Origin: an uncultured Burkholderiales bacterium
GTDB lineage: Bacteria; Bacteroidota; Bacteroidia; UBA8524
Assembly (NCBI GenBank): GCA_964620355.1
Contig: CAZUIT010000005.1
Coordinates: 11,507-75,506, forward strand
Length of the DNA: 64,000 nucleotides
Direction: 5' to 3'
Below the pieces are notes generated by a model that did not search any database, had not been told where the DNA came from, and worked only from the letters and a program-made list of their open reading frames with translations. Below, piece after piece: positions 22,289 through 32,202 of the stretch; positions within the stretch are counted from its first letter, which is position 1; every line of letters begins with the position of its first letter. A program made the translations under genes and the position numbers.

Positions 22289-23590
22289 CTATACTATTTC
22301 TGACTTCAATTTACCTTCCATTCTTGCTACTGAACAGCAAACTGCTGCATCACCAGTTACATTCACGGCTGTGCGGCACATATCCAAGATTCGATCTACT
22401 CCCAAAATGAGAGCAATTCCTTCTACAGGGACATTCACACTATTTAAAACAATCACCAGCATAACAACTCCTGCTCCAGGAACTCCGGCAGAGCCCACTG
22501 AACTAAGTAATGCGGTAAGAATTATGGTTAACTGTTCCAATAAAGTCAAGTCCATATTAAAGACCTGAGCAATAAAGACAGCGGCGATGGCTTGGTAACA
22601 TGACGTACCATCCATATTGATTGTTGCACCAAGGGGTAAAACAAATCCAGTTATTTCTTCATCTACCCCTAATTCCTCTTCACAGTTCTCCATATTCACG
22701 GGTAAGGTGGCATTCGAGGAGCTGGTTGAAAAAGCCAATAGTTGAACCGGACGCATCTTCCTTAAAAAGTCCCAAACATTCATCCGAGCTACGAACTTCA
22801 CCAGGCCTAAATAGGTAATAACCAGATGAAGAAATAAGGCCAATAGCACGGTAAATGAATATACACCTAAGGCGGAGAGCAGTCCCAAAATCTGGGATGG
22901 ATCATCCTTGGCTAGATCGACAATCACTGCACTTAACAGAGCAAATACTCCCAAAGGAGCAATAATCATTATCAGGTCTACAATTTTCATGACGACCTCA
23001 TTGGCACTGTCCATTAGCTTGACCAATGGCGCCGACTTTTCATTCGGAATGAGGGTGATAGCGATTCCCAAGAAAACGGCGAATATGACGATTTGAAGCA
23101 TATTGCCATTGTCACCCGCGGCCTCAATCACATTGCTCGGGAACAAATCAACAAGCGGTTGCAATGCCGGACGATTCTTGACTTCCTCAGCCGTTTTGGT
23201 CTTTTCCAACATTTGTTCCTGATTTCCCTGCATGAGCATGTCGCGGGTTTCTGCAGAAATCTGTTTCCCGGGTTGTATCACATTAACCAGTACCAAGCCT
23301 ATGGTTATCGCTATTACCGTAGTCGACACAAATATTCCAATGGTCTTGCCCCCTATTCGGCCGAGCTTACCAATATCATTTAGGCTGGCAATCCCAGTAA
23401 CCAAGGAGGTTAAAATCATAGGGATAGCAATCAGTTTGAGCAAGTTCATAAAAATGGTACCGAAGGGGTGGATATAGTCTTTGCTAAACCCAATCCAAGC
23501 CGTTCCAAGGTTCACTGCGGCAATTCCCCAAGCTAAACCGAGGATCATACCGAGCAATATTTTTACATGTAAGGGTGTTTTTTTTATCAT
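22289..23590 (-). CDS. Dicarboxylate/amino acid:cation symporter (SLC1/GltP-DctA family)
   Basis: 433 aa polytopic. Family-like motifs and overall topology. Its start overlaps the aroC stop by 4 nt. Confidence 0.8.
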   Translation of the reverse strand: MIKKTPLHVKILLGMILGLAWGIAAVNLGTAWIGFSKDYIHPFGTIFMNLLKLIAIPMILTSLVTGIASLNDIGKLGRIGGKTIGIFVSTTVIAITIGLVLVNVIQPGKQISAETRDMLMQGNQEQMLEKTKTAEEVKNRPALQPLVDLFPSNVIEAAGDNGNMLQIVIFAVFLGIAITLIPNEKSAPLVKLMDSANEVVMKIVDLIMIIAPLGVFALLSAVIVDLAKDDPSQILGLLSALGVYSFTVLLALFLHLVITYLGLVKFVARMNVWDFLRKMRPVQLLAFSTSSSNATLPVNMENCEEELGVDEEITGFVLPLGATINMDGTSCYQAIAAVFIAQVFNMDLTLLEQLTIILTALLSSVGSAGVPGAGVVMLVIVLNSVNVPVEGIALILGVDRILDMCRTAVNVTGDAAVCCSVARMEGKLKSEIV

Positions 23591-24663
23591 AGTCGCGCTT
23601 GCTGCATCATCATTAAATCTATCAAAACCAAGGCCGTCATTGCTTCTACAATGGGCACTGCTCTAGGTACCACACAAGGATCATGACGCCCTTTTGCTTG
23701 TAGGGTAATATTTTCACCGATACGGTTCACGCTATCTTGTTGGATGCGAATGGTTGAAACAGGTTTAAAGCCTACCCTAAAAAAAAGTGGCATGCCCGAA
23801 CTTATTCCTCCCAACACCCCGCCAGCGCGATTTGTTCGTGTTTGTATTGTTCCTTCACTGCTCTCAAAGGCATCATTAGCCTCAGATCCCTTCATGCTGC
23901 TCAAGGCAAAACCCTCTCCCATTTCAAAGCCTTTCACTGCATTGATGGAAAACATGGCATGGGCTAATTCAGCCGGAAGCTTCTTAAATTGCGGTTCGCC
24001 CCATCCTGCAGGAACCCCTTTGGCGACGCAAGATATTATTCCTCCCAAACTATCACCCAATTCTTTTGCTTCCAATATCGCCTCGCGCATGGCTTCAGCC
24101 GCCTTCGTATCCGGACAACGTACCTCATTACTTTCAATCAAAGAAAGATCAAGAGATTCAGGTGCCAACTCACTTTTCACCGAACCTACTGACGAAACAT
24201 AGGCTTGGATACTAACTCCCTTTGATGCCAATATTTGCTGGGCTATTGCTCCTGCACAAACCCAAGGTGCCATGGTACGAGCAGAACTTCTCCCGCCACC
24301 ACGGTGATCACGGATACCAAACTTCTTATCTAGGGTATAGTCGGAATGTCCAGGACGGTACACCTCTTTCAAGTCATCATAATCCTCACTGCGAGAATCC
24401 TTATTGGGAATGGTAAATGCGATTGGAGCACCAGTGGTTTTTCCTTCAAATAATCCAGAAAGGAAGGTGGGGATATCGTGTTCAGTACGACTTGTGCTTA
24501 GCGCAGATTGACCCGGTCTGCGACGGTCCATTTGTTTCTGAATGGCCTCAAAATCGAGTGTTATTCCTGCCGGAATCCCGTCAATAACGGCTCCAACAGC
24601 GGAGCCATGACTTTCCCCAAATGTGCTAACGCGAAACAATTCCCCAAATGTGTTGGCCGGCAT
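23587..24663 (-). CDS. aroC: Chorismate synthase (the ORF extends to 24762; the conserved N-terminus begins at MPANTFGELFRVSTFGESHG, start 24663)
   Basis: ..FGESHG.. and ..GGGRSSARTMAP.. motifs. Confidence 0.9.
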   Translation of the reverse strand: MPANTFGELFRVSTFGESHGSAVGAVIDGIPAGITLDFEAIQKQMDRRRPGQSALSTSRTEHDIPTFLSGLFEGKTTGAPIAFTIPNKDSRSEDYDDLKEVYRPGHSDYTLDKKFGIRDHRGGGRSSARTMAPWVCAGAIAQQILASKGVSIQAYVSSVGSVKSELAPESLDLSLIESNEVRCPDTKAAEAMREAILEAKELGDSLGGIISCVAKGVPAGWGEPQFKKLPAELAHAMFSINAVKGFEMGEGFALSSMKGSEANDAFESSEGTIQTRTNRAGGVLGGISSGMPLFFRVGFKPVSTIRIQQDSVNRIGENITLQAKGRHDPCVVPRAVPIVEAMTALVLIDLMMMQQARL

Positions 24664-24689
24664 GCGGCGGCGAAGATAATACGATTTTT

Positions 24690-24737
24690 GCGAGGTTGCG
24701 AGGTTGCGAGGATTCGAGGTTTCGAGGTTTCGAAGTT
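24690..24737. repeat. Six tandem copies of a degenerate 8-mer (G/T)CGAGGTT in the aroC/GNAT divergent intergenic region.
   Basis: gcgaggtt gcgaggtt gcgaggat tcgaggtt tcgaggtt tcgaagtt read directly. Related to the GT-rich repeat near 35.3 kb. Confidence 0.7.
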
Positions 24738-24788
24738 TCCACTTGGCTGTTATCCTATTCAAATGCTAAATTCGTCTAAATTCTTTCT

Positions 24789-25862
24789 ATGTTTCAAGGA
24801 CCATTTCCGCTTTTAGAAACGGGTCGTTTGGTATTGCGAGAAGCCAATGACAGCGATGATCATTCCGTACATTTTCTTCGAAATGATTCAGCCGTAAACC
24901 GCTATGTGAAGCGGAAAGGCTCCAATTCACTCGATGAAGCCGCGGACTTTATCGCACGGGTTCGGAATAACTTTACTGATCAAAAAGGAATATACTGGTG
25001 CATCACACAGAAAGATGACGACACCATGATTGGCTCCATTTGTTTTTGGAATTTTTCGGAGGATATGCGATCTGCTGAGCTTGGTTACGACTTGCATCCT
25101 GATTGGCAAGGAAAAGGAATAATGGCGGAAGCTTTGAGAGCTATACTTTGGCAGGGGTTTTTGAAATTGAAACTTACTTCAGTCTCCGCCTATACCCAAC
25201 ACGATAATGTTTCATCCATACAACTTTTAGTGCGTCATGGTTTTCAGCATGATCCAAAGCTTATCGACGAAGATAACTGGAAGAACAAGGTATTCTTGAT
25301 GGATAGATCAGCTTATTTTGAGCATATCCAACAACCAAAATCATTGAAGCATTTTTTAGAAGTCGCCAATGCGGTAAAGGCGCTACCGTATGGAAGAACC
25401 ACTTCGCGTGATGATCTTTCCTTGGTTCTTACGGAAGGCAAAGGAAGTTGCAGTTCAAAACATGCCTTTTTAGCGGATATTGCTCATAAAAATGGACTAA
25501 AGCAGGTTGACTTGGTTTTAGCCATTTACTTGATGGATGAGCGGAATACACCAGCTATTGGGAAAACATTAGCAAATAGCGGTATACCTTGCATTCCAGA
25601 AGCGCATTGTTACTTAAAAATAGAGGGCAAGCGTCATGACTTCACCCATATAAATGCAGACATCACGGCAATTGAACCGGCCTTGGTTTCTGAGCTCATT
25701 ATCCATCCCGAGCAGGTGAATACTTTTAAAATCGACTACCATAAAGATTATCTGAAAAACTGGATATCTGAGCATAAAGTTGACTTGGATTTTGAGAGCC
25801 TTTGGAACTTGCGCGAGGCCTGTATCAACAAACTAAGTCAAGAATGGGGTGGCAATGATTGA
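24789..25862 (+). CDS. Two-domain protein: an N-terminal GNAT N-acetyltransferase (RimJ/RimL-like) fused to a C-terminal ~180-aa domain of unknown function, which may be a Cys/His/Asp transglutaminase/NAT-like fold.
   Basis: N-terminal GNAT motifs (..IGSICFWNF.., ..QGKGIMAEAL..). The C-terminus has ..EGKGSCSSKHAFLADIA.. then ..AHCYLKIEG..HDF..INAD... Confidence 0.65.
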   Translation: MFQGPFPLLETGRLVLREANDSDDHSVHFLRNDSAVNRYVKRKGSNSLDEAADFIARVRNNFTDQKGIYWCITQKDDDTMIGSICFWNFSEDMRSAELGYDLHPDWQGKGIMAEALRAILWQGFLKLKLTSVSAYTQHDNVSSIQLLVRHGFQHDPKLIDEDNWKNKVFLMDRSAYFEHIQQPKSLKHFLEVANAVKALPYGRTTSRDDLSLVLTEGKGSCSSKHAFLADIAHKNGLKQVDLVLAIYLMDERNTPAIGKTLANSGIPCIPEAHCYLKIEGKRHDFTHINADITAIEPALVSELIIHPEQVNTFKIDYHKDYLKNWISEHKVDLDFESLWNLREACINKLSQEWGGND

Positions 25863-25865
25863 GCC

Positions 25866-27134
25866 TCAGGCAGGATTCGAACGAATGCCCAAGTTCTCCA
25901 ATTCCACCCAATAATTGGGAAATGATTTTTTTACCGATTCCACTTCCGTCAGACTTATCCCCTGCTGAGTTATTGCTAAGAGCGCAAAAGCCATCGCCAT
26001 GCGGTGATCATCGTGGGTATTCAACGTTTGAGATGATCCTTTTATTGAACCTGATTGTTCCCAATGTCCATTCAGACTCTCCAGTCTAGCACCAAAGACG
26101 GTGAGCATCTCCGCCAATACTTCATCCCTTTTGGATTCTTTGCTTTTTAATGATTCTAGTCCAGTCCAATTGACGTTTCTTCCTTCACTCAAGTAATAGA
26201 TCACCAAAGCGGGTGCAAGGTCTGGGTAATTAATGAGGTTGATGCTTAGCTCATTTTTATTCCAGGCAGGTTCATGGTAACGGATACGAAGTCCGTTCCC
26301 TTCCGCTGTGCTCACCATACCTTCATAGCGCATGAGGTTTTCAATAATTGCATCGCCTTGGACAGAAGTTAAACTGAGGTTCTTGAGCAGAATACTTCCT
26401 TGTTTCCTGATGGCTTGGGCCGCATAGAAAAATGCAGCTGAACTCCAATCTGCCTCGACACTTAGCTTATGAGGTGAATGCATGCCGGGAGAAATGATTA
26501 GTTTATCCTCATCCATAGAACAAGAAACCCCCAACTTCTTCAATGTGGCAAGAGTCATCTCCACATAAGGCCAAGAGGCTTCTCTATCCGTAATTTTAAG
26601 ATGGATGGTTTTCTCCATAAATGGGGCAATCAATAATAGTGCAGAAGCAAATTGGGAACTTTTGGCCATGGAAATTTCCCAGCTTGTCGCATGAAGTTTA
26701 CCGCCGTTTATTTGCCAAGGTCCATTCGTATCCTCTCCCAAATTGATGATTTCTGCCCCTATGGTTTTTAAACTATTGATGAGTTCCTGCTGTGGTCTTT
26801 CCATCAATCGTGGGGCACCTTTCAACAGAAACTTCCCCGGCATCAGGGAACAGAGCGCCAACAAGAAACGTAATTGGGTACCCCCGTCTTGGCAGTCTAA
26901 TTCTAGTTCCTCCTGTTTATTTCGCTCCTTAATTTGTTGAAGACACTCTTTCAATACTTGCGTATCTCGAGCGGCAGAGAGGCCTTCAATCTCAAATGCA
27001 TAACCCGACAAAAACTGAAGTATGAGTAAGCGGTTACTCTCACTTTTTGAAGCGGGCAAATTTACCTCAACATCTTTTGAGTGGGCTGTATAGTCGAGTG
27101 AAATACCCATCAATAGCGATAACTTATTTGACAA
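25866..27134 (-). CDS. aroA: 3-phosphoshikimate 1-carboxyvinyltransferase (EPSP synthase). An alternative start at 27110 overlaps the upstream TBDR stop (TGATG).
   Basis: ..LPASKSESNRLLIL.. and overall EPSPS fold motifs. Confidence 0.9.
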   Translation of the reverse strand: MSNKLSLLMGISLDYTAHSKDVEVNLPASKSESNRLLILQFLSGYAFEIEGLSAARDTQVLKECLQQIKERNKQEELELDCQDGGTQLRFLLALCSLMPGKFLLKGAPRLMERPQQELINSLKTIGAEIINLGEDTNGPWQINGGKLHATSWEISMAKSSQFASALLLIAPFMEKTIHLKITDREASWPYVEMTLATLKKLGVSCSMDEDKLIISPGMHSPHKLSVEADWSSAAFFYAAQAIRKQGSILLKNLSLTSVQGDAIIENLMRYEGMVSTAEGNGLRIRYHEPAWNKNELSINLINYPDLAPALVIYYLSEGRNVNWTGLESLKSKESKRDEVLAEMLTVFGARLESLNGHWEQSGSIKGSSQTLNTHDDHRMAMAFALLAITQQGISLTEVESVKKSFPNYWVELENLGIRSNPA

Positions 27135-29404
27135 ACAAAACTACGCGGTGCGCCAATATCACATGGACGTGAGAGCACTATGGCGTTAAAAACATTATTG
27201 ATGGTCCCCGTTATTTTCCAATCTGCATTGATATGGAAAAAAGCACGCAGGTCGACAATATGACTTCCTTTATTATTCTCGGCATAGGATTCTTTCACAC
27301 CGTTAATTATGAGGACAAAAGCTTGGTCAATTGCTTCGTATTTGCTCGTATACCGATAACTTGCTCCTAAACCATATCGGGTTCTTTCCCATTGCAAATC
27401 CGCCTTGATCAAATGGCGGTTTCTGTATTTTAATATTTTACCTGAGGTATCTGTGCTGGAACTCTTATAAGTTAAGGGAACTCCTGTTGTATAGACAAAG
27501 TCAGGTTGTAAATTTTGTGGGTCTGCATAAGTGTATCCAAGCAGAACCTTGATGTCATTTTTCCTCCAAGTTCCCCCACCTGTCAGTGAAATTTCGGCAC
27601 CTTGAATGAGGGTCGGACCAACGTTTATTGACTTAAAACCTAAATCAGTAGGAACCCATGGTCCAAAAGTGAACTCCATCATATTCTCAAAATACATGCG
27701 ATAGAAGGCTATATCGGCCATAAACTTCAAGCCTGACTTCGTTTGAAAACCTTGGCGCAAACCTATTTCCATCGAATAACCTGACTCAGGCTTTAAATCT
27801 GGATTAGGGTAAATATTGACTGGCCCTGAATTCGTTCGGATAAAGGATTCCGAAACTACGGGGAAGCGATAGCCTTGTCCAAAACTAGCGCGCGCGAAGG
27901 TCGCTTTTGCTACGCGGAAATTCACCCCGGCTTTAAATACCGGCTTTCCTTCGGCCTGTTGTTCCATTCGGAAATGCTCATAGCGGGCACCAGCACTGAG
28001 GTTCCATCTACCTTTTTTGAAATCTCCTTGCACATAGGCAGCCTGATTTTGCTGCACCTTGCGACCCTGAAACATGGTAGCAATCGTTTCTCCATAAACG
28101 CTTACCAACCCAGTATTAAATAGAAAACCTTTAGATTGAAGTTGCTTCCACTTCACTCGGTATTCTGTATAAATCGACTTGGTGGCATTGCTCTGATCCG
28201 GCTCTCCATCCAACTGTTCGATGGCGTTTTCTACGTCATAAAAACGCATTTGCAGAAAATGTTCGGTTTGCGTTCCATGGTAATTCAGGTAAGGGTCTAG
28301 ATTAAAGCGACGGGAACTATTTAATCCATAGCTTGAACCTCTGCTGGTATAGGCAGAATCATAGTTTTGCCATAGTAAAAAGCTTCCTGTTTTCCCATAA
28401 AGCAAGTTGGCATTCAGTCCATAATTCCATTTTTTGTCTTTGCTAAAAAACCGGGTTTTTCCGCTTGCTCGAATGCGTTTATCTTGATCGCCCATTCTGT
28501 AGCCTTCATCAATCAAACCATTGACAGACAGCACATACTGAAAGCGCTCATACCCTTTTCCATAGAGAATATGCCCACCCGATTGTGTGAGAAATTTCTC
28601 CGAGGCTGGTTTCCAATTCCAGCTCGACTTGGCGGGTTTATCATAGACTCCAGCATACATTGAAGCGGAAATCAATTCTTTATTCCCTGGCCAAGCAGTT
28701 CGAATATTGATTACTCCATTCAAAGCAGAGGATCCATATAAAACGGAGGAGGAACCTTTGATAACCTCTACTTGCTGCACATTTTCTATTGGAAAAAAGG
28801 ACCAAAGAGCCTGTCCGGTTCCAGCTGCCAACATAGGCATATCATCCACCAACACACTTACCCTACTTCCTGTACCGTAACTCCACCCACTGCCTGAACG
28901 AATATTGGCTTGTCCATCTGTACTGGAAACGCCAGGTACTTGCTGCAAGGTATTTTGAATGCTCGTTGTGATGCGGTTCTGAATCAGGTAAGGCTGAATC
29001 GTGGAGATACTTACCGTGGTCTCTACCTCGCGTTGGCTCTTTTTTCCTGCACTGACCACCACCGGTTCTAAAAACCGTGAACTTTCCTTCAAATAAATAT
29101 TCCAGTGTTCCACTTTAGTATAGGCAGCAGAATCAGTGGTCAATTTCACCGTTTCATATCCAATAAAAGAAACACTTATGGTACATATAGAATCCGGAAT
29201 AAACAGTTCAAAAAATCCATCTTGATTTGTAATTGTTGCGAATTTCGGGTTCAAATAAATACTCGCTCCTACTAAAGGCTCCTCTGTTTTTTCATCGTAG
29301 ACATACCCTGTAATTTCCCGCTTTAGCATGTTTTCATGTTGAAGCTGAGCCGACGAGAGAAGGATGCTACAGCAACTAAATATACACGTCAAGAGTCTTT
29401 TCAA
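27110..29404 (-). CDS. TonB-dependent receptor with an N-terminal CarboxypepD_reg domain and a plug domain
   Basis: Signal peptide, ..GYVYDEKTEEPLVGASIYL.., plug-like ..VLVDDMPM..VEVIKGSSSVLYGSSALNGVINIRT... Confidence 0.8.
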   Translation of the reverse strand: MKRLLTCIFSCCSILLSSAQLQHENMLKREITGYVYDEKTEEPLVGASIYLNPKFATITNQDGFFELFIPDSICTISVSFIGYETVKLTTDSAAYTKVEHWNIYLKESSRFLEPVVVSAGKKSQREVETTVSISTIQPYLIQNRITTSIQNTLQQVPGVSSTDGQANIRSGSGWSYGTGSRVSVLVDDMPMLAAGTGQALWSFFPIENVQQVEVIKGSSSVLYGSSALNGVINIRTAWPGNKELISASMYAGVYDKPAKSSWNWKPASEKFLTQSGGHILYGKGYERFQYVLSVNGLIDEGYRMGDQDKRIRASGKTRFFSKDKKWNYGLNANLLYGKTGSFLLWQNYDSAYTSRGSSYGLNSSRRFNLDPYLNYHGTQTEHFLQMRFYDVENAIEQLDGEPDQSNATKSIYTEYRVKWKQLQSKGFLFNTGLVSVYGETIATMFQGRKVQQNQAAYVQGDFKKGRWNLSAGARYEHFRMEQQAEGKPVFKAGVNFRVAKATFARASFGQGYRFPVVSESFIRTNSGPVNIYPNPDLKPESGYSMEIGLRQGFQTKSGLKFMADIAFYRMYFENMMEFTFGPWVPTDLGFKSINVGPTLIQGAEISLTGGGTWRKNDIKVLLGYTYADPQNLQPDFVYTTGVPLTYKSSSTDTSGKILKYRNRHLIKADLQWERTRYGLGASYRYTSKYEAIDQAFVLIINGVKESYAENNKGSHIVDLRAFFHINADWKITGTINNVFNAIVLSRPCDIGAPRSFVCQISYRY

Positions 29405-29439
29405 AAATCCGTAATTTTGAAACGCAATATACCTAGTCT

Positions 29440-30162
29440 ATGAAGAAATTAATACTAAGCCTCACAATTGCCAGCATTGCGCTTGGCTCCTTTGCCCAAT
29501 CATGTTCCCCTGACGCAACCATTACCAACCCGGGCACCTATCCGAATCAATTGCCTGCGGGAACCTCTGGGGCCTATTACGAAGAAGTGGTTCAATTTAA
29601 TATTCCTGCTGATACGAATGTTCAATTCAGCGGAACTACCGTTAATGCCGTTATTGACTCCATTAAGGTGACCTCCTTAATGGGATTACCTCCTGGCTTA
29701 AACTATGGATGTAATCCGAGTACCTGTGCACTTCCTGGCGGCAAAACTTCCTGTGGAGTGATTTATGGCGATATTGATGGATCAGCCTCGGGCACCTATA
29801 ATTTTGTTGTTCCCATTATTATTTATGCGCGTATTGGAGGAGCCTTTCCACTGCAACAACCCGATACCCTCTTTTATCTTTCTATGGATGTAAATGCACC
29901 AAATAGTGCAAAAACCATTGTTCCAAATACCTTAATGGCCTACCCTAATCCTGCCGGAAACACCTTGCATGTAACCTTGGCTCATTCAGCCGCTGAGGCA
30001 ACAATTAAAGTATATGATGGACAAGGTAAAGAGATTGAACTTCCTTTTACCACCCAATACAACCGCATTGATTTGCAAACTGAAACCTTGAGCAAAGGCA
30101 TATATTATGGTGTGGTGCAAGACGGCGCCAATACCCACCGCTTTAAGTTCGTTAAGAGCTGA
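29440..30162 (+). CDS. Secreted protein of unknown function with a T9SS type-A C-terminal sorting domain
   Basis: Signal peptide MKKLILSLTIASIALGSFAQ and C-terminus ..AYPNPAGNTLHVTL..IKVYDGQGKEI..GIYYGVV... Its 3' end overlaps aroB by 11 nt (convergent). Confidence 0.65.
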   Translation: MKKLILSLTIASIALGSFAQSCSPDATITNPGTYPNQLPAGTSGAYYEEVVQFNIPADTNVQFSGTTVNAVIDSIKVTSLMGLPPGLNYGCNPSTCALPGGKTSCGVIYGDIDGSASGTYNFVVPIIIYARIGGAFPLQQPDTLFYLSMDVNAPNSAKTIVPNTLMAYPNPAGNTLHVTLAHSAAEATIKVYDGQGKEIELPFTTQYNRIDLQTETLSKGIYYGVVQDGANTHRFKFVKS

Positions 30163-31183
30163 GATAGATTCGAAGCGCTTCCTGAAATTCAGGATACTGA
30201 ATCCGGATATCGTAAACCGCGTTACCCACTGAAGTGAGGAGGGTGCAGTTTACATTTCCGGATTTATTTTTTTTATCCCCTAGTGCGTAGTTCCAGATAT
30301 GCTTTCCTTCATCCAAGGATAAGGGTGCCTTAGGAAATAATCCCAGAAGCGTTTCTCGAATATGAAGGATATCCTCATGGGTCAGTCCTGTCTTAGCTGA
30401 GACAATGGCTTCCATAAACATACCTGCCGCCACCGCTTCTCCATGTAAGAGGTCTCTCCCCTGCTCCAAACAGAAAGATTCTACCGCATGCCCCAAAGTA
30501 TGTCCGAAGTTTAATATTTTACGTCGCCCTTTTTCATGCGGGTCTTCTTCGGTAATGCTTCGTTTAATTTCTACTGACTTTTCAATCTGTAATTTGATGC
30601 GCCGTTTATTGAGGGTGCGCAATTCTCGCCAGTAATCTGCGTCTGCGATAAGTCCATGTTTCAGCATCTCGGCATAACCTGCCATAAAATAGCGTTCAGG
30701 CAAAGTATCGAGCAGCTTCGGCTGAATAAAAACCATAGCCGGTTGAGCAAAAACGCCAATCATATTTTTATAGATTCGGTAATCAATACCGGTCTTCCCC
30801 CCAATGGAGGCATCCACCATGGCCAATAGGCTGCTTGGCACTTGGATAAAATCTATTCCTCTTTGGAAGGTCGCAGCACAAAAGCCCCCAATATCACCTA
30901 TCAAGCCGCCACCTAGGTTAATTAATACTGAATGTCGATCCGCCCTACCATGCAGAAGGGCATCCCAAATGTCGGTGCATGTGTCGAGGTTCTTATTGAT
31001 TTCTCCTGACTCAATTTGAATTTCTTGGTACTTGATGTCGGCTAACAATGGCAGGCAATGTTCGGCAGTATTTTCATCCACCAGCACAAATACCCTCGAA
31101 TACTTCTTCGACTCAAGGTAGTTTTTCAGGTAAGTTAGTGCCTGACCACTGACTACAATATGTTCCCCAATTAAATGCATCAA
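30152..31183 (-). CDS. aroB: 3-dehydroquinate synthase
   Basis: ..LINLGGGLIGDIGGFCAATFQRGIDFIQVPSSLLAMVDASIGGKTGI.. Confidence 0.9.
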   Translation of the reverse strand: MMHLIGEHIVVSGQALTYLKNYLESKKYSRVFVLVDENTAEHCLPLLADIKYQEIQIESGEINKNLDTCTDIWDALLHGRADRHSVLINLGGGLIGDIGGFCAATFQRGIDFIQVPSSLLAMVDASIGGKTGIDYRIYKNMIGVFAQPAMVFIQPKLLDTLPERYFMAGYAEMLKHGLIADADYWRELRTLNKRRIKLQIEKSVEIKRSITEEDPHEKGRRKILNFGHTLGHAVESFCLEQGRDLLHGEAVAAGMFMEAIVSAKTGLTHEDILHIRETLLGLFPKAPLSLDEGKHIWNYALGDKKNKSGNVNCTLLTSVGNAVYDIRIQYPEFQEALRIYLSS

Positions 31184-32190
31184 TAACCTCTTTTTACAAT
31201 TCCATATCCCACACGCGCGCCGCTGTATTGATCAACCGGAGCATTCCCAAGAATCGTTTCAATTCTTTCCATATTCTCATCAGACAACACGACATCATTG
31301 GCCATCACATTTTCTTCTACCTGCTCTGGATTGCTTGCTCCCATGATAACGGAAGTGAGTGGTTTCTTTTGAAGAATCCATGCCAAAGCAAGACGCCCCA
31401 TTGGCATTTCCAACTCGTTGGCTAGGTTGAGCAATTGATCTTGCTGTTCAAAATATTCTTCGGTCATGCGTTTGGTAGGAAAGAAATTGCCCGCCGCTTC
31501 ATGTGCCTTGCGTGAACCTTCTGGGGTATAATCTCTTCGGTATTTTCCAGTTAAGAGTCCCTGAGCTAAAGGCGAATATACCACGAGTCCCAGACCATTT
31601 TGTTCACATACATCCATCACATCCAATTCCAGCGAACGGTTCAGCATATTATAGATGGGCTGATTGGATATTGGCTTATGCCAACCATTTTTCTCGCAAA
31701 TATGAACTGCATTTAAAATTTGTACCGCCGTCCACTGACTCACGCCCCAGTGCAGGATATAACCACGCTCTACCAAATTATGCATGGCGTAGCAGGTTTC
31801 TTCCATAGGGGTATCAATATCATAACGATGGCATTGGTATAAGTCGATATAATCCGTGCGCAGTCGTTGCAGAGAATTCTCGCATGCCAAGCGAATATGC
31901 CGCATGCTCAGACCTTGATTCATCCAATGATCGCTCATGGGACCAAAAACCTTGGTTCCAATAATAACCTGATCTCGTGCAATCACCTTCAGGTATTCAC
32001 CTAAGGTCTTTTCGGCTTCTCCACGGTTGTACATATCGGCTGTATCGATAAAATTTATTCCCAGTTCAAGGGCCTTATCGAAACAGGATATGGCGGTTTC
32101 CCGCTCTACATGGGTACCAAAGGTCAACCAAGTACCCAGACTGACGGACGAAATTCGGAGACCAGAATCTCCTAACTGACGGTATTGCAT
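31180..32190 (-). CDS. Aldo/keto reductase (Tas/Kv-beta-like). The ORF extends to 32574, but the conserved start is MQYRQLGDSGLR at 32190.
   Basis: AKR N-terminal motif; 4-nt overlap with the aroB start. Confidence 0.85.
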   Translation of the reverse strand: MQYRQLGDSGLRISSVSLGTWLTFGTHVERETAISCFDKALELGINFIDTADMYNRGEAEKTLGEYLKVIARDQVIIGTKVFGPMSDHWMNQGLSMRHIRLACENSLQRLRTDYIDLYQCHRYDIDTPMEETCYAMHNLVERGYILHWGVSQWTAVQILNAVHICEKNGWHKPISNQPIYNMLNRSLELDVMDVCEQNGLGLVVYSPLAQGLLTGKYRRDYTPEGSRKAHEAAGNFFPTKRMTEEYFEQQDQLLNLANELEMPMGRLALAWILQKKPLTSVIMGASNPEQVEENVMANDVVLSDENMERIETILGNAPVDQYSGARVGYGIVKRGY

Positions 32191-32202
32191 AGCTGGTGAT
32201 TT

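Noticed and set aside
22200-22568. 122-aa plus-strand ORF
   Set aside because: It lies entirely antisense to the well-supported SLC1 symporter gene.
24690-24737. Tandem 8-mer array considered as a possible CRISPR or minisatellite
   Set aside because: The units are contiguous with no spacers and are only 8 nt long. This is a microsatellite-like array related to the GT-rich element, not a CRISPR.
25858-25900. GGATTCGAAC string that resembles a tRNA T-arm
   Set aside because: No complementary T-stem, acceptor stem or anticodon arm can be built around it. It lies inside the 3' ends of the convergent GNAT and aroA genes.
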